Source of the DNA: Candidatus Doudnabacteria bacterium | GTDB taxonomy: Bacteria; Patescibacteriota; Doudnabacteria; UBA920 | Assembly: GCA_023245895.1 (NCBI GenBank) | Contig: JAHFJJ010000005.1 | Location: forward strand, 1 to 53,479 | DNA length: 53,479 bases | Direction of reading: 5' to 3' | Part shown: piece by piece, positions 25,763-33,506 of the stretch | How the letters are laid out: every line of letters begins with the position of its first letter | Numbering within the stretch: the first letter of the stretch is position 1 | Notes under the pieces: generated by a model | Databases searched by the model: none | What the model saw: only the letters and a program-made list of their open reading frames with translations | What the model was told of the DNA's origin: nothing | Program-made: the position numbers and the translations under genes

Positions 25763-26689
25763 ATGCCGGAGCTTCCCGAAGTCCAAACCATTGTTTCGGA
25801 ATTGAATATTAAGCTAAGGGGCCGACAAATAAAGTCGGTTAAGGTTTTGGCGCCTAAAATTGTGGGGCTCGGCGCGGCTACTTTATCGCCAAAGCGGGTG
25901 ACTGCTCCGTTAACGGTTAAAAATTTTGTAAAGATGCTGACAGGGCAAAAGTTTTTGTCGGTCAAGCGCAGGGCCAAACTGTTAATTTTTGATTTATCAG
26001 GCCCTTTAAGTATACTGGCGCATTTAAAAATGACCGGCCAGTTTATTTTTGAAGATAAAAAATTGCGAGCTAAGACAGACGGCAAGTATCGCATGCTAAA
26101 TAAGCTTAACGCGCCGTTTGTTAAACTGCCCGGCAAACACACCCACGTAATATTTTATTTTACGGACGGTTCCATTTTGTATTTTAATGACGTGCGCAAG
26201 TTCGGTTATTTAAAATTGGTGCACGATGATGAAATAGGCCAAGTGCGGGAATTAAATGAGTTCGGCCCGGAACCTTTAAGTAAAGAATTTACCCTACTAG
26301 CATTATGCGCGGCCGCGCATAATGCTAGTAGACTTAAAATTAAACAGTTTTTGATGGATTCAAATCGTATAGCGGGTATTGGAAACATTTACAGCGACGA
26401 GATTTTATTCCATGCTAAAGTGCGGCCGACAAGGACCGTTAAATCTTTATCGGCGGATGAATTAAAAGGCATCTATAAATGGATTAAGCCAGTATTGCTA
26501 AAGGGCATAGCGGCCAAAGGCTCGTCGGTCGGTGATTTTGTCCGCACAGACGGAAGCTGGGGGAAAATGGGTAAGTATCATTTTGTTTACGGCAGGAAAG
26601 GGCAGAAATGTAAAAAGTGCGGAACCACCATCGAGGCAACTAAAATAGGGGGCAGGACAGGAAGTTTTTGTCCTAAGTGCCAGAAATAG
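25763..26689 (+). CDS. mutM: formamidopyrimidine-DNA glycosylase (Fpg/MutM)
   Basis: Canonical N-terminus MPELPEV at ATG 25763; the ORF-track start at 25715 adds 16 non-homologous residues. H2TH motif IAGIGNIYSDEILF. C-terminal zinc finger CKKCG...CPKC. Confidence 0.9.
   Translation: MPELPEVQTIVSELNIKLRGRQIKSVKVLAPKIVGLGAATLSPKRVTAPLTVKNFVKMLTGQKFLSVKRRAKLLIFDLSGPLSILAHLKMTGQFIFEDKKLRAKTDGKYRMLNKLNAPFVKLPGKHTHVIFYFTDGSILYFNDVRKFGYLKLVHDDEIGQVRELNEFGPEPLSKEFTLLALCAAAHNASRLKIKQFLMDSNRIAGIGNIYSDEILFHAKVRPTRTVKSLSADELKGIYKWIKPVLLKGIAAKGSSVGDFVRTDGSWGKMGKYHFVYGRKGQKCKKCGTTIEATKIGGRTGSFCPKCQK
26294..26331. repeat. perfect 38-bp palindrome inside the mutM coding sequence
   Basis: CTACTAGCATTATGCGCGG|CCGCGCATAATGCTAGTAG, centred on GCGGCCGC. 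It encodes LLALCAAAHNAS on both strands. Confidence 0.95.
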
Positions 26690-26731
26690 AAACGCCCACC
26701 GCTGCCGTGCAACGGTGGGTCGTATTGATTG

Positions 26732-27223
26732 TTAGGAAAACTTTTTCAGGCTGCGAAGCGAGCTGGTAAGTTCATGGGTTTGTTGTTTTTCAAATCCCAT
26801 GAGTCGCGTGCCCAACATCTGCCATTCAGTGAACCCGAGTTTCACTCCTTCCCACTCCGGTCCGGCAACCAGGATACATGCGGCCAGTTGTGCAATTCGC
26901 AGTAATCCTTCTACTGAAACGCAATTATATCCAGATCCATCATTGAGGAGCGCTTGGTAAGGCGCCTTCCACCCAAGGATGAGTCTTTTGTCCTCGATCA
27001 TTTCAAGTACGGCTTTCTCCAAAGAATCGCCCTGGCCGTAAGTGAAGTAGGTCAGCTTATGGGTTGAAGAATCAAAAGCTGAAGAAAAACGTCCCCAGGC
27101 CAAGACTATCCGTCCTTCGTGAGCCGTTGCCCCAAAAATGGCACCTCCCAAGAGATCACCACGGATTATTGCGTGCTTTGGTAAAGTTTCTTCCAGCCAA
27201 CCCTGAAAATTACTTCCTTTCAT
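26732..27223 (-). CDS. hypothetical protein (163 aa)
   Basis: GGAGG (complement of 27228-27232) lies 4 nt before the ATG. It is convergent with mutM and shares the hairpin CCCACCG/CGGTGGG (26695-26719). No family recognised. Confidence 0.7.
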   Translation of the reverse strand: MKGSNFQGWLEETLPKHAIIRGDLLGGAIFGATAHEGRIVLAWGRFSSAFDSSTHKLTYFTYGQGDSLEKAVLEMIEDKRLILGWKAPYQALLNDGSGYNCVSVEGLLRIAQLAACILVAGPEWEGVKLGFTEWQMLGTRLMGFEKQQTHELTSSLRSLKKFS

Positions 27224-27348
27224 TGTTTCCTCCGTCGCCTAGATTGATAAATCGTCGGCTAGGTTTTTGCCCGTTATTGGGTAGGGGAATTGTAAGTTAT
27301 GGGCGGGGTTTAGTCAATGTGGTAGAATGGAAGTACAATTAACCAACT

Positions 27349-27385
27349 AACCCTCACCCCGCCCCTCTCCCAAGGGGAGAGGGGG
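27349..27385. repeat. hairpin repeat, family F3 (AACCCTCACCCC..CCCTCTCCC-N-GGGAGAGGG)
   Basis: AACCCTCACCCCGCCCCTCTCCCAAGGGGAGAGGGGG. The same element occurs at 40953-40987, 46155-46191 and 47077-47111. Confidence 0.85.
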
Positions 27386-27396
27386 ATGGAATTCTT

Positions 27397-27621
27397 ATGG
27401 AAAATAACCAAGCAGAACAAAATCAAAAGCCTGTAATGAACCAAGAACAGGTGTTAATGGAGATTTACGAAAACACGCGCAAGACCAAAAATTACATGAA
27501 GTGGCAGTTGTATATTACGGTTATTTTGGTTGTCCTGCCGCTTTTGGCTTCCATATTTATTGTGCCTTACGCTTTGAGCAGTTTGAGCAGCGCGTATGGG
27601 GCGGCGGGGCTATTGCAGTAG
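27397..27621 (+). CDS. small membrane protein (74 aa)
   Basis: ATG ORF with a polar N-terminus and one C-terminal TM helix (LYITVILVVLPLLASIFIVPYAL). Confidence 0.6.
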   Translation: MENNQAEQNQKPVMNQEQVLMEIYENTRKTKNYMKWQLYITVILVVLPLLASIFIVPYALSSLSSAYGAAGLLQ

Positions 27622-27730
27622 TAATCTCAAATATACAAATCAACACAAATATACAAATGGGGGCACCTGTATATTGCATGTTGTGAATATTTGTATATTT
27701 GTTAAAATTTGTTTATTTGGGAACACTACA

Positions 27731-28075
27731 ATGATTGACGAAAAATGGCAGCAATTAGTGGAGGCGGCGCAAAAACATTTTAAGAATGTGTTTTTAACAT
27801 TGGAAGATTTAATAATGGAATCATCGGACGGCCCTATTAAGCAGGGGACTCAGGATGTGTTGGTTTTTGAAAACCCTGCCGGAAAATTTAAACTGGTGAG
27901 GGAAAACCGCCCGGTGGTTTTAGAGAAAAAGGAATTGTACTCCCACCGGGCCGGGCAAACGGCTCAGACCCAATATAAATTTTCGGAAACTGAATTCAGC
28001 CATAAATTAAAGGTATTTAAAAAGATTGATTTCGATGAGTGGGAAGAGGTTACATTAGATAAATTAGGTATGTAA
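27731..28075 (+). CDS. hypothetical protein (114 aa)
   Basis: ATG at 27731. The upstream part of ORF-track frame 27596-28075 runs through a word-like inverted repeat (27630-27715). The stop lies 2 nt before the next start. Confidence 0.65.
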   Translation: MIDEKWQQLVEAAQKHFKNVFLTLEDLIMESSDGPIKQGTQDVLVFENPAGKFKLVRENRPVVLEKKELYSHRAGQTAQTQYKFSETEFSHKLKVFKKIDFDEWEEVTLDKLGM

Positions 28076-28077
28076 AA

Positions 28078-29001
28078 ATGCTCAAAGAAAGAATTTTGTC
28101 AACATTACGATTTTTTGACTTTCAGGATTACCCCCTCACGCTATTGGAGTTGCAGCGGTTTTTAGTTACCGATTTGGAAGTTTTAAAGAAGCTCATTGAT
28201 ATGCAAGGCGAGATTATAATCAGCAATTTTAAAAAAGAACAAGAGATCACAATAGATAAAATTTTGGAATGCCTGGATTCAGAATTACAAAATTTTGTAG
28301 AAAATACTTTGGGTTTTTATCATCTTGCGGGCAGAAAGCCAATTGTCCAATCCAGGTTGCAAAATTATTTTTTTGGCATTAAGCGTGAGAAGTTAATAAA
28401 AAAATACATTGGCGGCTTAAAATACATCCCCTTTGTAAGGGGCGCGGCTTTGGCCGGCAGTCAGGCCATGGGCCAGGAGAAAGAAGCTTCCGATATTGAT
28501 TTGCTTATAATCACCGACCCAAAATATATGTGGCTGGCCAGGACTTTGGTAACGGCCTATTTTCAAATATTAGGCAAACGCCGGCACGGCAGGAAAATCC
28601 AAAACCGTTTTTGCTTAAACCACTATTTGGCCGGGCCAAAGCTAGTATTGAGCTTGCGTAATTTGTACACGGCTTCGGAATATTTAAAGTTGAGGCCTTT
28701 GGTTTATACCAGTTGTGTTTCGGATTTCCAGTCACAAAACGCCAAGTGGCTAAAAATATTTTTTCCTAATGCGGTAATCGCCGATAAATCGGCACGCCAC
28801 ACTCACGCACAGCCTGATGTGCAAAGATTTTTTGAAAAAATTCTCAGCGGAAGTTTTGGACGTTGGCTGGAAAAGCTTTTAAAAAACTGGCAGCTGCCCA
28901 AAATCCGGCGGGAAAAGTTTATTGTGGTGGAAGAAGATGAGCTTTCTTTCCATCCCGAAAGCAAGCAACAAGAACTTCTCCAAAAGTTTTTATTTGAATA
29001 G
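28078..29001 (+). CDS. nucleotidyltransferase (Pol-beta superfamily) domain protein
   Basis: The GS...D.D motif is GSQAMGQEKEASDIDLLII. 307 aa. It contains half of an F2 repeat in frame (28777-28800, IADKSARH). Confidence 0.7.
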   Translation: MLKERILSTLRFFDFQDYPLTLLELQRFLVTDLEVLKKLIDMQGEIIISNFKKEQEITIDKILECLDSELQNFVENTLGFYHLAGRKPIVQSRLQNYFFGIKREKLIKKYIGGLKYIPFVRGAALAGSQAMGQEKEASDIDLLIITDPKYMWLARTLVTAYFQILGKRRHGRKIQNRFCLNHYLAGPKLVLSLRNLYTASEYLKLRPLVYTSCVSDFQSQNAKWLKIFFPNAVIADKSARHTHAQPDVQRFFEKILSGSFGRWLEKLLKNWQLPKIRREKFIVVEEDELSFHPESKQQELLQKFLFE

Positions 29002-29030
29002 CAGGAATTTGACGGCCGTCAAATTCCTGC
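29001..29030. terminator. perfect 30-bp palindrome between convergent genes (bidirectional terminator candidate)
   Basis: GCAGGAATTTGACGG|CCGTCAAATTCCTGC. Its first base is the last base of the TAG of the plus-strand gene. Its last base is the first base of the CTA (the TAG stop) of the minus-strand gene. Confidence 0.7.
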
Positions 29031-29779
29031 TATTTTATAAAATTAGATTTTTTGAATTCCAGCAATAAAATGTAGGGAAAACGGTAAAGCTGGTATTGCA
29101 GGTTAAAATTTGGGCTGTCGGTTTTGGCCTGGATTTCCCGCATTTGTGTTAAGGCAAAACCATTATCTACCGCCCAATTTATGTATTCGGCCAGGCTGTA
29201 AAAATGGGAAGTAATGTTATCGCCCCAGCCGAATTTCCTGTCGGTTTTATTTTTAAAATAAAAGTAAGGCCTAAGCAAAAGTTTGGGTTTTTTTAAAAGC
29301 AGGCGTCCTAAAATGCCGCGCTTCCAAACTCCGACAGGTAATGAGTAGTATGGGTTAGAAATAGTGATGACCAGTTTGCCCCCGGGTTTGGTTATCAGTT
29401 TAAAATTTTCCAAAGCTTGAGGCACATTGTCCATATCGTGAAGCGACATGTTGGCAACTATAGCATCAACCGAATTTTTTTCAAAAGGCAAGTTCGCGGT
29501 TAAGTCGCAAACCAAAAATTCCTGTTTTGGATATTTATTTTTGGCATAAGCAATAAGTTCAGCCGAGGCATCACAGCCGCAAACATCGGCAAACAGCCCG
29601 GCCAGGGCATGAGTAAGCCAACCTGAACCACAGCCGGCGTCCAGAATTTTTTGCTTGGGATTTCTATCCAGGGAAGCCAAAATGTAGTCCAGCAATATCT
29701 TTTGCTGGAATTGTCCGCTCTCGGAGTTAGTAAAGTCCTCGTACTGGCGGCTGCCCAGTTGGCTATTGTATGAGTCCAT
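29030..29779 (-). CDS. class I SAM-dependent methyltransferase
   Basis: Motif I ILDAGCGSGWLT and post-I ...GCDAS. 249 aa. Confidence 0.85.
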   Translation of the reverse strand: MDSYNSQLGSRQYEDFTNSESGQFQQKILLDYILASLDRNPKQKILDAGCGSGWLTHALAGLFADVCGCDASAELIAYAKNKYPKQEFLVCDLTANLPFEKNSVDAIVANMSLHDMDNVPQALENFKLITKPGGKLVITISNPYYSLPVGVWKRGILGRLLLKKPKLLLRPYFYFKNKTDRKFGWGDNITSHFYSLAEYINWAVDNGFALTQMREIQAKTDSPNFNLQYQLYRFPYILLLEFKKSNFIK

Positions 29780-29817
29780 AAAGATAGTATAACATAGCAG
29801 TAGGACATAAAAATTTT

Positions 29818-30552
29818 ATGCGCCAAACCGACCTTCATCAGCTCCACAAAACTTTTGACGCTTCTCAAACCTATGAAAAAGTCAGGCGGCTTTTGGATTT
29901 TGAAAGCGGGACTAAATTACAAATTTTAGATATTGGCTCCGGCGGCGGGGCGCTGGGTAAAAAACTTCTTTCCTTAGGACATCAGGTTGTGGGTTTGGAT
30001 ATAAATCTTGAAGCAACAAAAGAAGCGTGGGTAATACCATCGGATATCAGCAAGCAGTGGCCAGTACAAGAAGGCAGTTTTGATTTGGTGATATGCCTGG
30101 ACGTTGCCGAGCATCTTGAAGACCCCGAACATATTTTAAAGCAAGCTAAAAGGGTTTTAAAACCCGCGGGCAAATTAATTTTCGGCGTGCCTAACCATTT
30201 TGATTTGCGCCAGCGCCTGCGCGTTTTATTCGGCAAGGGGATAGTGCACTGGGACAACCTGCGCCACAACCAGAAGGCCTGGTCTTACGCGCATATCCGG
30301 TTTTTTTCTTTGCCGGAACTTAAGGTCATGTTTTCTCAAAACGGATGGAAAGTGGCGGCATCCCAGTATAATTTTATGGGCGGAGGGATTATTCCTTCGC
30401 GTTATACGCCGCGTTTTATAAAAACTTTTTTATTAAAGCAATGGCCTAATTTATTTTCCGGCAAGTTTATTTTTTTATTGTCGCCAAACTCCTTGGAAAC
30501 GGCCGGAAATGATGCAAAAATTATCATCCCGCATACTCCCAAGGGCCTGTAA
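29818..30552 (+). CDS. class I SAM-dependent methyltransferase
   Basis: Motif I ILDIGSGGGALG, then VVGLDIN and LKPAGKLIF. 244 aa. Divergent from the previous methyltransferase, with only 38 bp between the starts. Confidence 0.85.
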   Translation: MRQTDLHQLHKTFDASQTYEKVRRLLDFESGTKLQILDIGSGGGALGKKLLSLGHQVVGLDINLEATKEAWVIPSDISKQWPVQEGSFDLVICLDVAEHLEDPEHILKQAKRVLKPAGKLIFGVPNHFDLRQRLRVLFGKGIVHWDNLRHNQKAWSYAHIRFFSLPELKVMFSQNGWKVAASQYNFMGGGIIPSRYTPRFIKTFLLKQWPNLFSGKFIFLLSPNSLETAGNDAKIIIPHTPKGL

Positions 30553-30570
30553 ACAGGGTTTATAATGGCC

Positions 30571-30610
30571 TTATCACTCCCCTTGACAGAGTGATAAAAA
30601 ATACTATAAT
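30571..30610 (+). promoter_or_regulatory. CIRCE-like operator overlapping the groESL promoter
   Basis: TTATCACTC-N9-GAGTGATAA (30571-30597) versus CIRCE TTAGCACTC-N9-GAGTGCTAA, with one symmetric change per arm. The N9 spacer contains the -35 TTGACA (30583-30588). 16 nt further on is TATAAT (30605-30610). Confidence 0.7.
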
Positions 30611-30626
30611 ATCAAATAAGATAATT

Positions 30627-30722
30627 AAGAACCAAGAATCAAGACCGCAAGAACCAAGGAAGAGCCAAGTTTGAAATTTTAAAACTTGGAATTTGCTTGG
30701 ATCTTGGCATCTTGGATCTTGG
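30627..30722. repeat. ~100-nt periodic long hairpin, family F4 (CCAAGA/TCTTGG blocks)
   Basis: AAGAACCAAGAATCAAGACCGCAAGAACCAAGG...AAATTTTAAAA...CTTGGATCTTGGCATCTTGGATCTTGG lies in the groES leader. Paired 6-nt blocks are separated by 2-3-nt mismatches. Confidence 0.8.
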
Positions 30723-30744
30723 AATTTACGACGAAGGAGTAGCT

Positions 30745-31050
30745 ATGAAAGTTAAACCTTTAGGCAACCGCGTTCTGGTAAAACAGCTTTCCAGCGAGGA
30801 AGTCACCAAGAGCGGCATTGTTTTGCCGGACACGGCGGATAAAGAAAAAAAAGCCCAGGGCAAAATTGTGGAATTGGGCAACGGCAGTGAAATAGCAGGA
30901 CTCGGCTTAAAAGTAGGCGACACTGTTGTCTTCGGCAAATACGCCGGGGAGGAAGTGGAAATAGACGAGGACGGCAAAAAAGAAGAATACAAAATTTTAT
31001 ATGTCGGGAAAGAGAAGGATGATAGCGATATTTTAGCATTAATTGAATAA
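30745..31050 (+). CDS. groES: co-chaperonin GroES
   Basis: MKVKPLGNRVLVK. GAAGGAG (30733-30739) lies 5 nt upstream. The ORF-track TTG start at 30697 lies inside the F4 hairpin. Confidence 0.95.
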   Translation: MKVKPLGNRVLVKQLSSEEVTKSGIVLPDTADKEKKAQGKIVELGNGSEIAGLGLKVGDTVVFGKYAGEEVEIDEDGKKEEYKILYVGKEKDDSDILALIE

Positions 31051-31152
31051 GAACCAAGAATCAAGATCGCAAGAACCAAAAAAGAACCAAGTTTAAAATT
31101 TTAAAATTTAGACCTTGGAATTTATTTGGATCTTGGCATCTTGGGTCTTGGG
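31049..31152. repeat. family F4 long hairpin between groES and groEL
   Basis: It begins at the last two bases of the groES TAA: (TA)AGAACCAAGAATCAAGATCGCAAGAACCAA...TTGGATCTTGGCATCTTGGGTCTTGG. Confidence 0.8.
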
Positions 31153-31171
31153 GTTTACATAAAAGGAATTT

Positions 31172-32848
31172 ATGAGCAAAATTATCAAATATGGTTTAGA
31201 AGCCAAGCAGGCTATTAAAGCCGGCGTGGACAAAGCCGCGGACGTGGTTAAAGTTACTTTGGGCCCCACAGGGCGGACGGTTATTTTGGATAAAGGCTAC
31301 GGCTCTCCATCTATAACAGATGACGGTGTTACCGTGGCCAAGGACATTGAACTTGAAGACAAATTTGAAAACGTGGGCGCGTCTTTAATCCAGGAAGTGG
31401 CCAATAAAACTAATGACGCGGCTGGCGACGGGACCACCACGGCTACGGTTTTGGCGCAAAAAATGATAGAAGACGGTTTTGAAATGTTAAAGCGCAACCC
31501 TTACAAAGCCAATGACATGAAGCGCGGCATGGACAAGGCCGTAAAATTTGTTGTCGCGGAACTTAACAAAGTTAAAAAAGAAGTTAAAGGCAAAGAAGGC
31601 ATTGAGCAGGTTGCGACTATCTCATCGCTCGACCCGGAAGTCGGAAAACTGATTGCAGAAGCCATGGAAGAAGTCGGCCACGACGGCGTTATTACAGTAG
31701 AAGAAGGCCAGACCGTGGGCTTACAAAAAGAAGTCGTAAAAGGTATGCGCTTTGATAAAGGCTTTGTTTCGCCGTATATGGTAACTAACGCCGAAAGAAT
31801 GGAAGCAGTTTGGGAAGACCCGTATATCCTCATCACCGACAAAAAAGTTTCATCTGTCCAGGAAATTTTACCTTTGCTTGAAAAGGTGGCCCAAAGCGGC
31901 AAAAAAGAAATTGTCATTATTGCCGATGAAGTGGAAGGTGAAGCCTTAACTACATTTATTTTAAATAAACTGCGCGGCACCTTTAGCGTGCTGGCGGTTA
32001 AAGCCCCGGGTTTTGGCGACAGGCGCAAGGAAATGCTGCAGGATATTGCGGTCTTAACCGGCGGCACGGTAATTACGGAAGACTTGGGCTTGAAGCTGGA
32101 TAAAACCGAAGTTGAACATTTGGGCAAGGCGCGCAAAGTTATTGCCACCAAAGAAAATACCACTATTGTGGACGGCCATGGCGACAAAAAGAAAATTGAG
32201 GACAGAGTAAACCAAATTAAAGCCGAACACAAAGAATCTACATCGGATTTTGACAAAGAGAAACTCCAGGAACGCATGGCCCGTTTGGCCGGCGGCGTAG
32301 GCGTAATTAAGGTTGGCGCTTTTACGGAAACCGAAATGAAAGCCAAGAAGTTTAAGATTGAGGACGCTTTAAATGCCACGCGCGCGGCAGTTGAAGAAGG
32401 CATTGTAATTGGCGGCGGCGCGGCTTTGGCAAAAATTGCGCCTTTGCTTGAGCAGGCGGTTTCGCAGGGAAATCATTTTTCCGAAAACGAAAAATTAGGC
32501 GCCATGATAATCCGTAAAGCTTTAGAAGCTCCCTTAAGGCAGATTGCCGAGAATACCGGCGTTGAACCATCAGGAATCGTAAGTTATGTCCAGTCTTCCG
32601 GCGAGCATGAAGGCTATGACTTTATGGACTTTGACGAAATGAACTGGGCCAAGGGCAAAAAAGATTTAATGAAGGCTGGCATTGTAGACCCGGTTAAAGT
32701 TACCAGGCTTGCTTTGGAAAACGCGGTATCAATTGCCTCCACTTTAGTTACAAGTGAAGCCATAGTCGTAGACAAACCGGAACCGAAATCCGAAGCTCCT
32801 GCCGGCGGCATGCCCGGTGGAATGGGCGGCATGGGGGGGATGTATTAG
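31172..32848 (+). CDS. groEL: chaperonin GroEL
   Basis: 558 aa with [12 protein letters not shown] and a C-terminal [14 protein letters not shown] tail. Confidence 0.97.
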   Translation: MSKIIKYGLEAKQAIKAGVDKAADVVKVTLGPTGRTVILDKGYGSPSITDDGVTVAKDIELEDKFENVGASLIQEVANKTNDAAGDGTTTATVLAQKMIEDGFEMLKRNPYKANDMKRGMDKAVKFVVAELNKVKKEVKGKEGIEQVATISSLDPEVGKLIAEAMEEVGHDGVITVEEGQTVGLQKEVVKGMRFDKGFVSPYMVTNAERMEAVWEDPYILITDKKVSSVQEILPLLEKVAQSGKKEIVIIADEVEGEALTTFILNKLRGTFSVLAVKAPGFGDRRKEMLQDIAVLTGGTVITEDLGLKLDKTEVEHLGKARKVIATKENTTIVDGHGDKKKIEDRVNQIKAEHKESTSDFDKEKLQERMARLAGGVGVIKVGAFTETEMKAKKFKIEDALNATRAAVEEGIVIGGGAALAKIAPLLEQAVSQGNHFSENEKLGAMIIRKALEAPLRQIAENTGVEPSGIVSYVQSSGEHEGYDFMDFDEMNWAKGKKDLMKAGIVDPVKVTRLALENAVSIASTLVTSEAIVVDKPEPKSEAPAGGMPGGMGGMGGMY

Positions 32849-32892
32849 GACTAGTGAATAGTGCTTAGTGCATAGAGAATAGGAAAAGACAA

Positions 32893-32918
32893 AAGCCTCG
32901 TTTAAAGCGGGGCTTTTT
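32893..32918 (+). terminator. intrinsic terminator after groEL
   Basis: Stem AAGCCTCG / CGGGGCTT (one G-U pair) with a 7-nt loop, followed by TTTTT. Confidence 0.75.
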
Positions 32919-32982
32919 GATTAGCTGGTAAAATTTTTTGCTCATAAATAAGACAAAAATAGGACATATTGGCTAAATAGGC

Positions 32983-33011
32983 TTGACAAAAGGGTCATTT
33001 TAGAGTATACT
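32983..33011 (+). promoter_or_regulatory. near-consensus sigma70 promoter with no ORF behind it
   Basis: TTGACA at 32983-32988, exactly 17 nt, and TATACT at 33006-33011. The next CDS start is 930 nt downstream. Confidence 0.65.
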
Positions 33012-33017
33012 GTCTAG

Positions 33018-33506
33018 TTACGCTAAATCCTCCTCCGCTAAAGCTGCTGCGGACAAGAAAGGCGTACATCTTTAAAAATCCAATAATCTATATGTTTTTG
33101 CAGGAGAACATACGGATATCGCCCTTACATCAATCTTCACCAAGTTGATTGCAGAATAAAATTTTCACATCATACAGATATTTTAGAGAATCATTTATCC
33201 TAGGACTACTTTGATGGAGATTGATGTAAGGACGCTTATGCTCCTAATTTCGTTAACCCGGATTGGGGGCGCTAATGAGCCCGTTTCAAAAATTCATTTC
33301 GGCTGCAATTCTAAAATTTTGGCTGCAAAACCTTCATAGAAGCTCACCGATGCGCAAGGCATCGCCTCGCTTCTCTTCAGGTTTTTCGCTCAAAATTTTA
33401 GAATTTCGCTACGAAAGCAATTTATGAAACGGACTCTTAAAAAAGCCGTATACTCCACAAGAATATTTTTACTAACGTTCTTAAGTGTTTGAGTTTACGG
33501 TTTTTT
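33018..33506 (+). ncRNA. candidate orphan structured ncRNA (or first part of a very long leader)
   Basis: There is no ORF of 60 aa or more on either strand across 32849-33908, and no SD+ATG by eye. The predicted TSS is ~33018. Structures: a long-range stem 33123-33136/33218-33231 (14 bp perfect), a ~160-nt extended hairpin (33277-33436), and a terminator-like hairpin CCGTATACTC/GAGTTTACGG plus T6 (33446-33506). It matches no RNase P, tmRNA, SRP or 6S motifs known to me. Confidence 0.35.

Noticed and set aside
27630-27715. Word-like AT-rich inverted repeats as genes or ncRNAs. Examples are CAAATATACAAAT / ATTTGTATATTTG here, ACGGAT/ACGAAT words at 22050-22090 and 37146-37180, and TAACCTATAAC words at 51090-51200.
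   Set aside because: They are low-complexity spacer sequences after stop codons, with no conserved structure beyond simple hairpins. They are noted only as the source family for some in-frame inserts.
33277-33436. Retron msr/msd, group II intron remnant, or IS200/IS605-type guide RNA as an explanation for the long hairpin and ORF-free region.
   Set aside because: No reverse transcriptase, maturase, TnpA/TnpB or IscB ORF lies anywhere in or next to the region. No domain V-like or a1/a2 retron repeats were recognised.
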